Assembly (NCBI GenBank): GCA_046289665.1
Contig: JBKBVA010000002.1
Location: 1-38,568 of the forward strand
Length of the DNA stretch: 38,568 bases
Direction of reading: 5' to 3'
Origin: Allosphingosinicella sp.
GTDB lineage: Bacteria > Pseudomonadota > Alphaproteobacteria > Sphingomonadales > Sphingomonadaceae
The notes beneath the pieces are model-generated. The model did no database searches, was not told the DNA's origin, and saw only the letters and a list, made by a program, of their open reading frames with translations. The position numbers were made by a program, and so were the translations under genes. Positions 17,001 to 26,252 of this stretch are shown piece by piece; position 1 is the first letter of the stretch, and every line of letters begins with the position of its first letter.

Positions 17001-20000
17001 GCGATCAGATAATCGAGGTCCGGCTCATCGCCGAACGCCGTCCGGAGCGCCGCGTCGAAGCTGTCGCCGTCGACATAGAGCGTCGCGGCGCTCGCCATCG
17101 CGCTCAGCTTGCCGGCCTGGGCCGCGCTGATGTCGGGGACCGCCTCGAGCGCGGTGAGGGTTGCGGGCGTCACCTGGAAATTGACCCGCGACAGCTGAAC
17201 GGCGAGCACCAGCCGGAACAGCTTGGCCGGGAAATTCCGGTTAATGCGGGTCGAGATCCGCTCCATGGTCGGCGGCATCACGAAGACCGCACCGGCGGCG
17301 ATCAGGCCCGGCGTGGCCGCCAGCGCCGCGAAATAGTCGCTGCGGCTCAGCGCCTGAAGCCCGGGGGTCGCGAGCGTCAGGTCGAGGAAGGTGTTGATCG
17401 TTTCGTTCGTGCGGGTGACCAGCGACACCGCCCCGGCACTGCCGGCGAACCGCACCGACGTCCCCGCCTTGAGGAAGGCGTCGGCGGCGCGGTTGGCATA
17501 GAGAAGATCCTCGACCCCCACGTTCCACGCCTCGGCGAGATCGCTCGGTCCGATGTCGACGGGCCCCGCCGTCGCCTTCGGCCCGACGAGGACGGCGCCG
17601 TCGCGGAACGCGCCGGCCGCATCGATTGCCGCGGCGAGGGCGGGATAATCGACAGTGCCGCCCCCGCCGGAGGCGGTCCACAGCCGTGCGAAGGTGTCGC
17701 TGGCCGTGGTGACGACATTGTTGCCGTTGAGGCTTACCGACTTTCCGGGGACGAGGGTCCGCCACATCTCCGCATTGGCCTCAACCAGATCGCCGGCGGC
17801 GATTCCGAACAGGGCCGCCACCTCGGCCAGCGTCCTGCCTGCGGCGGGCTGGACGACTCCGAACGAGAGCGCGGCGGCGGTCGTCCGCTCCGGCACGAGG
17901 AACCCGGCGCCCCCGCTTGCCGCCAGCGGCCTGGCGTCGTTGAACCGGCCGATCTGCGAGACGGTCAGTCCCAGGCCGTCGGCGAAGTCGGCCAGGGGCT
18001 GGGTCGGATCGGGCGCGACCGCCGAGCTTCCGGCAAGCAACTGCGCGCCGGCGGGCATCAGGTCGCCGGTCTCACGGTTCGCCGCGACGAACATCGCCAG
18101 CGTGTATCCCGGCTGGACCCCGGCAAAGGCGGCGACCACCGACGCCATCGTATCGCCGGGCTGGACCCGATAGACCGAGGTTTTCAGGTGCGCCGTCGTC
18201 ACGAAGAGAGCCGGCACGTTGGCGTTGGCGTTGACGATCGACTCCACCGTCACCTTCGTCAGTCCGGTGCTGAGGCTCGCCGTCGGCTTCACGAGGCCGC
18301 CCACGTCCTTGTTGGCGGCGACCAGGCTCTCGACGGTCACCGCCTGCTCGGGCAGTTGCGCCGCCACCTTGACGGCCACCGCATAGAGGCTGTCGCCTGC
18401 GGCGGCCTCCACGGTGACGACCCCGCCCCCGGGCCTTGGATAGGTGAACGGCGCGCCCTCGGCGAGGATCGCCGTGTCCGTCTCGTTGGCGAAGGCGAGC
18501 GCGCCGATGGACAATCCCCGGGCATCCGCAAGCTGCTGGAAGGTGCTCCGGCCGGTGCCCGCCGCGACGTGCATGAAGGCGGTGACCAGGCTGTCGAGCG
18601 TGTCGCCTTGCACCGTCGCATAGTCGACGCCCTCGAGCGTCAGCGCGGTCCCTGCGCGAAGCAGGTCCGGCTCGGCCCGGTTGGCGTCGGCAAGCCCGGC
18701 GAGGCTGGTTCGGTAGAGGTCAGCGAGCTGGGCGATGCTCCGGTCGCCGACCGGCGGCTCGCCGCTTCCGGGAATGGTGCGTTGCGGCGTCGCTACCGCG
18801 GTCCCGGCCTTGAGCGGGACGTCGCTGTTCAGGGCGGCGAGTTGATCTTCGGTGACGGTCCTGCCCATCGCCGCGGTGGCGCTGGCGGCGAGGTTGACGA
18901 GGCTCTGGCCCGCGCGTGCCAGCACCGTCACCGGAATCGTCAACGTGCCGTTCGGAGGCGCCAGATCGAAGACCATTCCGACCGGCATCTGCTTGTTGGC
19001 CGCCAGGAACGCGCCGGGGTCGCTGATCAGCCAGGCCTCGTCCAGCGTCGCCAGCGTGTCGCCGGGATTCGCCGCGGTGCTGACCTGCGCGACCTCGAGC
19101 TGTTGCCCGTAGAACAGCAGGGCCGCGTTCACCGTGTCGACGAAGCAGGATTTGGGCAGGCTGTTGGGCGCCGCCACGCCGTCGACGCTGTCCAGCGTGC
19201 AGGTCATCCAGGCCTGCATGTCCGGCTGGATGAGCTGATAGTAGATCTGCCGCATCTTCTCCTGGTCGGCGGCGATCCGCTTGCGCGCCTGGGCGACGCT
19301 TTGGCCGTCGCCGCTGACATAGTTGGCGACCCTGAAGCCGGTATCCAGCTCGATGCCGATCTTGAAGGTTTGGCCGTTCGGCTGCGGATCGACCTTGTTC
19401 ACGAGATAGCTCGCAGCCACGCCGGGCCAGGCCGACAGCGGCTGGATGGTGTCGCGATAGCCCACCGGCACGGCGAGGCTGCCGGAGCTCTGGCCGCTGT
19501 CGGTCCGGTTGCCGAAATTGTCCTGGAAGTGCACGTCGAGCTGGATCGCCGCGGACGGCGCGAGGCCGGCATAGACGTTGCCCTTCGGGGACGGCAGCCG
19601 CGGCGCGGGCAGGGCGGCATTGGTGCCCGGCGCGGCGAATTCGTAACAAGGCACGATCCTGCGATAGACCCAATCGGCCTTGCGCGCTGCTTCTGCCGCC
19701 TCGTCCGGCTCCAGAGGACCCGCGGCCGGCCATTCGTTCGCCTGGCCGGCCGGCTGGCCCGACTCGGTGACCATCGTCAGCGGCTGGAACCAGCTGTTGG
19801 CGCGAAGATCGACGCCCAGCAGGTTGAACAAGAGCTCCAGCTTCTGCTGGTCGCTCAGCGCGCCGTAGGGGGCATCGTCGGGATCGGGGTTCGGCCGGAT
19901 CACCTCGACGCCGACCGACCCCACGGGGCCGGTGCCGATCAGCTTCATCTGGCCCAGCGCATATTGGCAGAGCGCGCCCGGGATCAGCGCGTCGCCCTTG

Positions 20001-23000
20001 CCGGCCACCTCGTCCGCGATCTGGAGCGCGGTCACGCCGGCGCGGGCGGCGACGCTCACCAGGCTGTCGCCGACCCGAACCGTGGTTCCGCTTCCCGCGA
20101 CGATCGTGAGGCCCGGGCGCAGCAGCACCTTGATCGCGCCGTTCACCGCCACGAGATCCGACATGTCGGCGAGGCCCATGGACGTCCGCACCGCGCTCAG
20201 GCTCATTCCTTCCTCGACCGCATAGTTCGCGGCCTCGACCACCAGCTCGGCATTGCCGAGGTCGATGTGATCGCTCAGCACGGCGCAGTTCGACATCCTG
20301 AGCATCGGCGGCTGGCTGGCCAAGGTGCCGCCGCTGTGGCGCTGGGACGCGAAGATCACGAGCAGCTGGACGGTCGCCGCGCCGCCGGCGTCGAAGAGAT
20401 CGTCGGGCAAGCCGGCGCCGGTGCCGGCTTCGGTATAGTTCAGGTAGTAGCCGCCCGAATTGACCGTCGCGCATTCCCAGATCAGCCGCAGGAAGTTCTT
20501 CGGGTCGTCGATCGGGGCGGCGAAGTCGGACGCGACGGAAGGATCGCCCCCGGCGAGCGCCTCGAGCATGACCGACGGCGGGTTGGAGGTGGTGGACAGA
20601 TTGGTCTTGATCACCGCCGTATGGGCCGCCGCCAGGTCCTGCGAGATGACCCCGCGGCCGCTCTGGCTCGCCGGATCCGCCCGGCTCAGCACGTGGATCT
20701 CGGCCCTGTCGGCATAGGCCGGGTCCGCCATGTGGGTCCACAGGCGGTACAGGGTCTCGCGGCTGGCCGGATCGACGCCCGAGATCAGATAGTCGTTCTT
20801 GACCGCGACGTTGCCGGCGCTGCCCGCCGTCACCCGCTTGATTGCGATTTCAAGCAGGCTTCCCCAGGCGAAGCTGTCGACCGGCGTGAAGGTGGGGGGC
20901 GCATTCGGCACCTCCCGATGGCCGACGGCGATCGCGAACTTGAGAGCGGTCTCGTCCTCGGAACGGGCAAGCCCGCCGGAATCGGAGGCGGGGCCGCCCA
21001 GGAGCCTTTCGCACAAGGTCGACGGGAAGGGCCAGATATTGGGCTCGCTATTGCCGTCCGAAGGTTGTCCGGTCACCGGCGTCAGCCCGTGCGGCGACTG
21101 CCAGTGAATCACCTGGCGCAACGGATATTTGTTGGGCGCATAGGCCATCAAGGGCATCTGCCGCACGGTCACCGCCGCAGGCACGAAGGCGGCGTTGTAG
21201 ACGCCGAGCTCCGTCAGGTCGGCCTGGGTGTAGGCATAGGCGCCCTCGTTCCCCGAACCCCCGTTGAACGAAATCCAGTCCGGGCGGGGCGAGACGGAGA
21301 GGGTGAGCGAATAGCTGTAGCCGCTTCCGGAGAGCAGCGGTTCGGGCACGTCGATCTGCTGGCCGATATTGTCGTAGAACGGCTTCATCGCATCGAAGGT
21401 GAGCGGCGCAATCTGCGGCAGGCGCAGGCCGTGCATCAGGAAACGCGACACCGTCCTGGCGATCGGATCGGTGATCGCGACGCTGGCCATCGCCGTATAG
21501 AGGTCCGTCGCGGCGATATCGGGGCGATAGGGTATGGTGATCGTCGCCCCGGCCTTGATGATCGGCGCCGCGGCGTAGCCGTCGGCGAGCAGCTGGGCGA
21601 CGGACAGCGCATATTGGCGGGCGATCGACTGCAGGGTGTCGCCGTTCACGAACGCATGCCTGAAGGTCGGAATGGCCCAGATTCCGAGCGGCCTCACCAG
21701 CGTCTTCAACGCGCTGTTGCGAGTCGCCAGCGTGGCAAGAGTCGTCTGGAAGGCCGCCGCGACGCTCGCCAGCGTGTCGGTGGGCTGAAGCACATAGGAA
21801 GCGCCCGGCACGTGGACCTCGGTTCCGGCCGGGAAGGGCAGGGCGAAGTTCAGCCCGGCATTGCCCGGATCGTCCTGGATGGTGGCCGGAGCGACCCCGA
21901 AGAGCAAGGCGACGAGGCCCAGATCCATGCTCTCGGCGGGTGCGGTGTAGACGATGTCGCCGAGATCGATCCTGACGCCGGGCCTCACCATGTTGGGCGC
22001 CGCCGCATTGGCAAGTCCGAAATCGGGGTTCGTCATCGCCGCCAGATCGGTGGCGGTAACGCCGAAGCGGCCCGCAATGTCGTCGAGCGATTCGCCGCTA
22101 TTGGCCTGATAGAAGGCGCCGGCGATGTCGGTGGCGTCGACCCCGGCGGGATCGAGTATGTCCGCGACGGTCAGGTTCGCCGAGGCGATCGACAAGGCGG
22201 TCGGATTCTCGTCGTGCGGATCGTCCTGCGCCGACATCGCCGCCGCGATGGCGGCGAGGCTCTGCGCGGCGCCGTCGGGGACGCAATAGGCATAGGCTTC
22301 GAGCCAGGCGATGGCCGAATCCACCACCGCGCGGGTGACCATCAGGAAATAGTCGCGGAAGACATATCGCGCCATCGACTCGGGCGGGGTCGGCGGCGGC
22401 ACGACCGGCGGCGCACCCGCCGCCTGCGCTTCCACCTTTGTCTCGGAGGTGACCTGGAACGCTCTGAAATAGGCATCGACGATCGATTCATAGTCCTGGT
22501 CGACCATGAAGCGCGGATCGGTTTCGTAATTGACGCTGACGAACTGCTGCTCGGTTCCGGAGCCGTCGGTCAGCCGGTCGGCCAGGGTGAGCGCCGGGAT
22601 CATCGGGAAGAAGGTGCCGCTGACCGAGCCGTTCTGAGCGGTGCTGTCGATGTCGAAGACGATCCGGGCGGCGACGAAGAAGGCGACCAGAGCGTCGTAG
22701 CTGAAGTCGGGGTCGTGAAGCCCGAGCTCGAGCTGGTGCTTGATCACCGAAAGGTCGAACAGGCTGATCCGGTCCGTCTCGCTCGGCTTCTGCGCCAGCA
22801 ATGCGGCCGCGACCCGCTGGAAGGCGAGCCCGGCGAGGGTCGCGAACGCGGTGTCCGGTCCGTCCCCGGCCGTGGCGGTGAACAGCATCGCCACCGACCG
22901 CGCCCGCTCTCCGGCGGGGGGCGGCTGCGGATTGGCCAGCGAAGGCTGGTCGCTTTGCGTGAAGAAGGGGCGGAACTGCAGCGGTATGACCGTCGGCTCC

Positions 23001-26000
23001 TGGTCCTCCGCCGCCATCAGCGAGTGGCGGTCGACCGCCGAGAGATCGAAGGTCGGCGCGCGGGTTGCGCGGGCCATCTGCCGCGCGCGCAGCGACCTCA
23101 GCCGCAGATATTCGCCGGTCGCCGCAACGTGGCGCCTCTGGACCAGTCCCAGCGGCTGGCTTGGGCCGGAATGATCGAGCGTCCAGGGCGGCGTGCTGGC
23201 CTGCCCGATCGTATATTCGAGGCTGAGATCCAGGCTGAACGAGCAGCGGATCGTCACAAACAGGATCTTGACGCTGACCCGCGCCGAGACGCTGACATTG
23301 AGCGCGATCTGGATCGGCTGATAGCATTCGATGACGAGGGTGACGCGGGCGCTGGCGGTGATGTCGACCGAGGCCTTGACGATCTGGAAGTCGATGCTGC
23401 CATAGACATGGCCTTCGATCCCGACGGTTCCGGCGATCGCATAGAAGAGGGCGGTGTCGCGATCCGCGTCGTCGGGATTGAACCAGGCGAGGACGCCTTC
23501 GACGATTCCCTCGACGACGAGGGTCGCGCCGGCGCGCAGCATCCCCTTCTCGATGGTCTTGCCGACGCCGATCGACAGGCCGAGGCCGAATTCCAGAACC
23601 GGCTTGAACGATCCGTCGCTGACCCTCGGCACCCGGTCCGACGTGGCCCCTTCGAGATAGCCGAAATAGAAGCCGCCGAAGCCGACGAAGGGAAACACCT
23701 CGACCGAGAATGAGCGGGTGAAATCGAGCCGGTAGGGAAAGCCGACGTCGATCTTGAAATTGCCGTTGGTGTAGATGTCGAGGACGAATTCCGGAATGGT
23801 GACGGAAACCTCGCCGAACTCGAGCTGGCGGATGGCGTCGGGCAGGCGAAGGTCGATGTGATAAAGCCCGATCGTGTCGGTGATGCGCTTGTAGAGGATC
23901 TCGAACTGCAGGCCGGAGAGCGATTGCGCCTTTTCGCCGGCGAGCTCGACGCGCAGCCCGTAGAGCTGCGGATCGTTGAAGATCGCGCTGATCGTCACGG
24001 TCGAGAGGAGCTCGAACTTCGTGCCGATCAGCCAGCCGCTATTCTCCGCGAAGATCAGCCCGTCGAGCTTGGCCAAAGGATTGCCGTCGGTGCCGGCGAC
24101 CGGCTTGAGGTTGTTCTCGAGCGCGGTGATCACGTCGCCGACCGATTTCAGGCCGCTCGTGTCGCGGAACGCGACATGCTGGCCGATGCCCAGATATTCG
24201 AGCTTGAACAGGGCCTCGCCGGCGCCCGGCACCTCTACCGGCTTGCCGTTGACGAGGTCCCAGCCGAGCTCGTCATCCTCGAGATCGGGGTCGTCGGTGG
24301 TCACCTCGATCGGCAGGCCGAGGAACGTGCCCTTCATCGCGAAGATCACGCCCTGCTTGCCGCTGCCCGGCGTGCTCTTGTGATAGGTCAGCCGGACCGA
24401 GCTGAGATTGATGAAGCCGAAATCGGCCTTGAGGCCGGTGTCGAGCGTGACCGTCTCCTTCTCCATGTCGAACTCGAGCGTGAGATTCTCGAAGCCGATC
24501 GAGTTGAGCACGTTCCAAGGCTCGGGCAGCTCGTAATTCCAGGAAGGATGGATGATGTTGACCATCCAGGTGATGATTCCCCCCAGCGTGAAGCTGACCG
24601 GACCGATGCTGAAGGTCTTGGTCGCCTCCGACAGCACCAGCCGGGCCGGCAGCGTGATGCCGAGGATGAAGATCTCGCCCTCCGCCGTGATCGCATAGGC
24701 GGTCGGCCCGTCGCCGACCTGCTCGCCGGTCACGGCGACGTTGGTGTTGTGCAGGCCGAGGAATTCCTGGCCGAACAGCTTGAGCTTGAGATCGGCCGCG
24801 GCATAGGCGGACCAGCGCGTCGTCACCGTGCCGCCGGTGCTCGCATAGCTGATGTCGGCGCCCACCGACGAGAAGCTCAGCTCCAGGAAATCGTCGAACG
24901 CCGCCGCCACCGAGGGCGCGCCGAAGCCGGCGATGAGATCATGGAAGCGCAGCGGGAGACCATCGGCGGTGACCAGCTCGCCCGCGCCTTCGATGACGTA
25001 GTCGGAGCCGCTCGTCGCATAGGCGACGTCCGCCATGAACAGCAATTTGCCGATCTTGATCGTGCCGCCGAGAAGGACCGAGTTCATCGTGAAATCGTCG
25101 GCCGCGACGGTCGAATAGCGGAAATGGATTTCCTGCAGCGCGAGCAGCGGGTCGCTCGCCGGCCCGATGATCACCCAGCCGCTGCTCGTCGGCTTGGTGG
25201 CGATGAAGATCGTCGCGGCCTCGAACTCGGGAGGCGCGGCCATTCCGACCGAGACCGAGAAACGCTGGAGCCCGACATCGGTCGCGAGGAACTGCAGGGG
25301 CGCCGGCAGGCTCGGCGGCGGTATCTGCGACCCGTACATCGCCCCGACGATGTCGGTGAGCGACAGCGCGTCGTCGTCGTCCGGATAGCCGCCGGAGACG
25401 GTGAGCACGGGATAGTCGTCGGCGATCTGCGCGGAAATCTCGAAGCCGCTTACCGAGGGGTTCTGGCTGACGAGGCTCCAGGCGAGGCCGATCTTCGTCG
25501 CCGGAACCATCTGCGTCTCGTCGTCGATCGAGGGCAGATAGTTCAGCCGCGCGACGAAATAGGGCAGCTTGACCTGGACCGGCCCGATCGAGAGCGCGCC
25601 CGTTCCGGTGTGGAGCACGTCGATCCGGGCGTCCAAGGCGGGGCCGTAGGGGCCGAAGGCGATCGGCTGCGAGAAATGTTCGGTCGTCTGACCGGCGTAG
25701 AGGAGGTTGATGACGTTGTAGACGCCCGAATAGAGCAGCGACGCATCGAGCGTGAGGGCGTCGCTCGCGGTCCTGCCGGCGGAGCGCCAGAGCAGCGTCT
25801 TGCCGATCAACTGGCTGCACCACAGGTCGAACAGGCGATTGTCGAAAGACTGGAAGCTCCGTCCGAGCGTCCAGCCGGCGGGCGGGGCGAGATCGAAGGC
25901 GAGATCCGGCTCCCCCGCGCTCACCGTGACGGTGACGATCGTCGTGACCCGGAGGTTGAGCAGCGATACCTGCCCGGTCACCGTGAAGGAATCGCCGTCG

Positions 26001-26212
26001 ATCGGCGACACCCGCACCGCGCTGATCGCGCTCGGCGGCGCCACCGCGATCTGGGCGACCGGCCGGCCGGGTTCGCTGCCGAGCGTCGCGCCGACCAGGG
26101 ACCAGAGCCGTTGCGAGGGAAGGTTGCGCGGCGAGAGAACGGCGGTCGAGCCATGCTGGAGCTGGGTGATCAGATCGTCATGGACCTGCTCGAGCGTGAG
26201 GGTTTCCGCCAT
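14039..26212 (-). CDS. Giant multi-LysM protein, 4057 aa, with an N-terminal ~1000-aa beta-strand-rich (DUF6603-like) region
   Basis: Uninterrupted ORF with GAGG RBS. Repeats such as YQANSGESLDDIAGRFGV, YVLQPTDTLASVA, FVNGDTLQSIARQY, VRVGDSLVSVA and YRVQPGDTMASV; amphipathic beta strands in the N-terminal quarter. Confidence 0.88.
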   Translation of the reverse strand: MAETLTLEQVHDDLITQLQHGSTAVLSPRNLPSQRLWSLVGATLGSEPGRPVAQIAVAPPSAISAVRVSPIDGDSFTVTGQVSLLNLRVTTIVTVTVSAGEPDLAFDLAPPAGWTLGRSFQSFDNRLFDLWCSQLIGKTLLWRSAGRTASDALTLDASLLYSGVYNVINLLYAGQTTEHFSQPIAFGPYGPALDARIDVLHTGTGALSIGPVQVKLPYFVARLNYLPSIDDETQMVPATKIGLAWSLVSQNPSVSGFEISAQIADDYPVLTVSGGYPDDDDALSLTDIVGAMYGSQIPPPSLPAPLQFLATDVGLQRFSVSVGMAAPPEFEAATIFIATKPTSSGWVIIGPASDPLLALQEIHFRYSTVAADDFTMNSVLLGGTIKIGKLLFMADVAYATSGSDYVIEGAGELVTADGLPLRFHDLIAGFGAPSVAAAFDDFLELSFSSVGADISYASTGGTVTTRWSAYAAADLKLKLFGQEFLGLHNTNVAVTGEQVGDGPTAYAITAEGEIFILGITLPARLVLSEATKTFSIGPVSFTLGGIITWMVNIIHPSWNYELPEPWNVLNSIGFENLTLEFDMEKETVTLDTGLKADFGFINLSSVRLTYHKSTPGSGKQGVIFAMKGTFLGLPIEVTTDDPDLEDDELGWDLVNGKPVEVPGAGEALFKLEYLGIGQHVAFRDTSGLKSVGDVITALENNLKPVAGTDGNPLAKLDGLIFAENSGWLIGTKFELLSTVTISAIFNDPQLYGLRVELAGEKAQSLSGLQFEILYKRITDTIGLYHIDLRLPDAIRQLEFGEVSVTIPEFVLDIYTNGNFKIDVGFPYRLDFTRSFSVEVFPFVGFGGFYFGYLEGATSDRVPRVSDGSFKPVLEFGLGLSIGVGKTIEKGMLRAGATLVVEGIVEGVLAWFNPDDADRDTALFYAIAGTVGIEGHVYGSIDFQIVKASVDITASARVTLVIECYQPIQIALNVSVSARVSVKILFVTIRCSFSLDLSLEYTIGQASTPPWTLDHSGPSQPLGLVQRRHVAATGEYLRLRSLRARQMARATRAPTFDLSAVDRHSLMAAEDQEPTVIPLQFRPFFTQSDQPSLANPQPPPAGERARSVAMLFTATAGDGPDTAFATLAGLAFQRVAAALLAQKPSETDRISLFDLSVIKHQLELGLHDPDFSYDALVAFFVAARIVFDIDSTAQNGSVSGTFFPMIPALTLADRLTDGSGTEQQFVSVNYETDPRFMVDQDYESIVDAYFRAFQVTSETKVEAQAAGAPPVVPPPTPPESMARYVFRDYFLMVTRAVVDSAIAWLEAYAYCVPDGAAQSLAAIAAAMSAQDDPHDENPTALSIASANLTVADILDPAGVDATDIAGAFYQANSGESLDDIAGRFGVTATDLAAMTNPDFGLANAAAPNMVRPGVRIDLGDIVYTAPAESMDLGLVALLFGVAPATIQDDPGNAGLNFALPFPAGTEVHVPGASYVLQPTDTLASVAAAFQTTLATLATRNSALKTLVRPLGIWAIPTFRHAFVNGDTLQSIARQYALSVAQLLADGYAAAPIIKAGATITIPYRPDIAATDLYTAMASVAITDPIARTVSRFLMHGLRLPQIAPLTFDAMKPFYDNIGQQIDVPEPLLSGSGYSYSLTLSVSPRPDWISFNGGSGNEGAYAYTQADLTELGVYNAAFVPAAVTVRQMPLMAYAPNKYPLRQVIHWQSPHGLTPVTGQPSDGNSEPNIWPFPSTLCERLLGGPASDSGGLARSEDETALKFAIAVGHREVPNAPPTFTPVDSFAWGSLLEIAIKRVTAGSAGNVAVKNDYLISGVDPASRETLYRLWTHMADPAYADRAEIHVLSRADPASQSGRGVISQDLAAAHTAVIKTNLSTTSNPPSVMLEALAGGDPSVASDFAAPIDDPKNFLRLIWECATVNSGGYYLNYTEAGTGAGLPDDLFDAGGAATVQLLVIFASQRHSGGTLASQPPMLRMSNCAVLSDHIDLGNAELVVEAANYAVEEGMSLSAVRTSMGLADMSDLVAVNGAIKVLLRPGLTIVAGSGTTVRVGDSLVSVAARAGVTALQIADEVAGKGDALIPGALCQYALGQMKLIGTGPVGSVGVEVIRPNPDPDDAPYGALSDQQKLELLFNLLGVDLRANSWFQPLTMVTESGQPAGQANEWPAAGPLEPDEAAEAARKADWVYRRIVPCYEFAAPGTNAALPAPRLPSPKGNVYAGLAPSAAIQLDVHFQDNFGNRTDSGQSSGSLAVPVGYRDTIQPLSAWPGVAASYLVNKVDPQPNGQTFKIGIELDTGFRVANYVSGDGQSVAQARKRIAADQEKMRQIYYQLIQPDMQAWMTCTLDSVDGVAAPNSLPKSCFVDTVNAALLFYGQQLEVAQVSTAANPGDTLATLDEAWLISDPGAFLAANKQMPVGMVFDLAPPNGTLTIPVTVLARAGQSLVNLAASATAAMGRTVTEDQLAALNSDVPLKAGTAVATPQRTIPGSGEPPVGDRSIAQLADLYRTSLAGLADANRAEPDLLRAGTALTLEGVDYATVQGDTLDSLVTAFMHVAAGTGRSTFQQLADARGLSIGALAFANETDTAILAEGAPFTYPRPGGGVVTVEAAAGDSLYAVAVKVAAQLPEQAVTVESLVAANKDVGGLVKPTASLSTGLTKVTVESIVNANANVPALFVTTAHLKTSVYRVQPGDTMASVVAAFAGVQPGYTLAMFVAANRETGDLMPAGAQLLAGSSAVAPDPTQPLADFADGLGLTVSQIGRFNDARPLAASGGAGFLVPERTTAAALSFGVVQPAAGRTLAEVAALFGIAAGDLVEANAEMWRTLVPGKSVSLNGNNVVTTASDTFARLWTASGGGGTVDYPALAAAIDAAGAFRDGAVLVGPKATAGPVDIGPSDLAEAWNVGVEDLLYANRAADAFLKAGTSVRFAGSAGAVSLVTRTNETINTFLDLTLATPGLQALSRSDYFAALAATPGLIAAGAVFVMPPTMERISTRINRNFPAKLFRLVLAVQLSRVNFQVTPATLTALEAVPDISAAQAGKLSAMASAATLYVDGDSFDAALRTAFGDEPDLDYLIAMTRRYSVVPTALLDPSFADVPAAQLVETAVPAHSTPDSPTDGAQSLRAFAAGLEAAFDGAVKVCVSAGGDSAQPGQTARQLWAVNFSSDGYGFKVDALQPSYFARQPISNRLLGEDRVPMRHYVSGNPVPVVDGPVDIKNVDLDVWAKQFFETMDLALSPECAVAIHQHAPEALTSLVTLKGALAESVAAMLGQLIDNGHAGNLALARESFADRLKIRLADAYKVETVIQFPVTVTNGGPEGPGLQPPRLFGQPVNRPYVTGAVETLASLAAALNVSQPYVVEMLGDVPGILNLGPTGDTPITATYTPTGASAQPTAADSLNALAVKLGITGPMPAQALIDNLSVAPAGQGLFAPDVPLNATPVAYPVPAATSIEAVALALDISVLQLASAMQDEPGLFDPSITSLTWRYGPDGSATVPVTSASTFNTLAAAFAAAGVSPAPDAAAVANYFRVDPANLIAAGATVSIVEILPNYGFSATAAPLSSGSALTFFLDVANRARTRKLFMNLDFPINQIEHGIRTVEADPDYEYSAWLSFLLPFDSSGGGTDSRIGLVEIPIPNDAYPDAPIVTGQGGAGTALPPEPITVADLKSWDYFFEFQYRAAAQDLIFTGVTLNDVTGATNKRSLSMLEEDAGLPTNILEALAQFNASYQPLMEDLQQLPFLSPDNAGNPAVASASALAEFAAMIERFRGVLPPAAAADGSVDGDHDFVLTTTRAREQEDFLDTLIVTAQAPGETLWPGKVQVATPGGEWHDLTKLTETPTTEIVFAYPPHQIRADTSLTHRFFYQRLDAIVSQSARAGLHVRRNDNLSSEGPTLPAFVYQTPVIATVDDFTPLIGRPEPYVMPPPSPGAGLAQALSDFFKQLFDIGTVAWPAGSERLINLHVAYRFDLAPGQPLGGSNLSPQTPALLHTQYAFQLNPISGSPDYEAVSGTFVTNLADAIDGWRTANLDPGQTGYLVFDLAVFQAKAEDAASPILKISTLLWALS

Positions 26213-26252
26213 CTCGCTCTACCTCGAGCCCGGCCGGGAGGGGCGCGCCACC

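Noticed and set aside
14105-23713. 3202-aa plus-strand ORF antisense to the giant gene
   Set aside because: Arg/Gly-rich with no motifs; a typical shadow frame of a high-GC gene. The minus-strand ORF carries the LysM motifs and an RBS.
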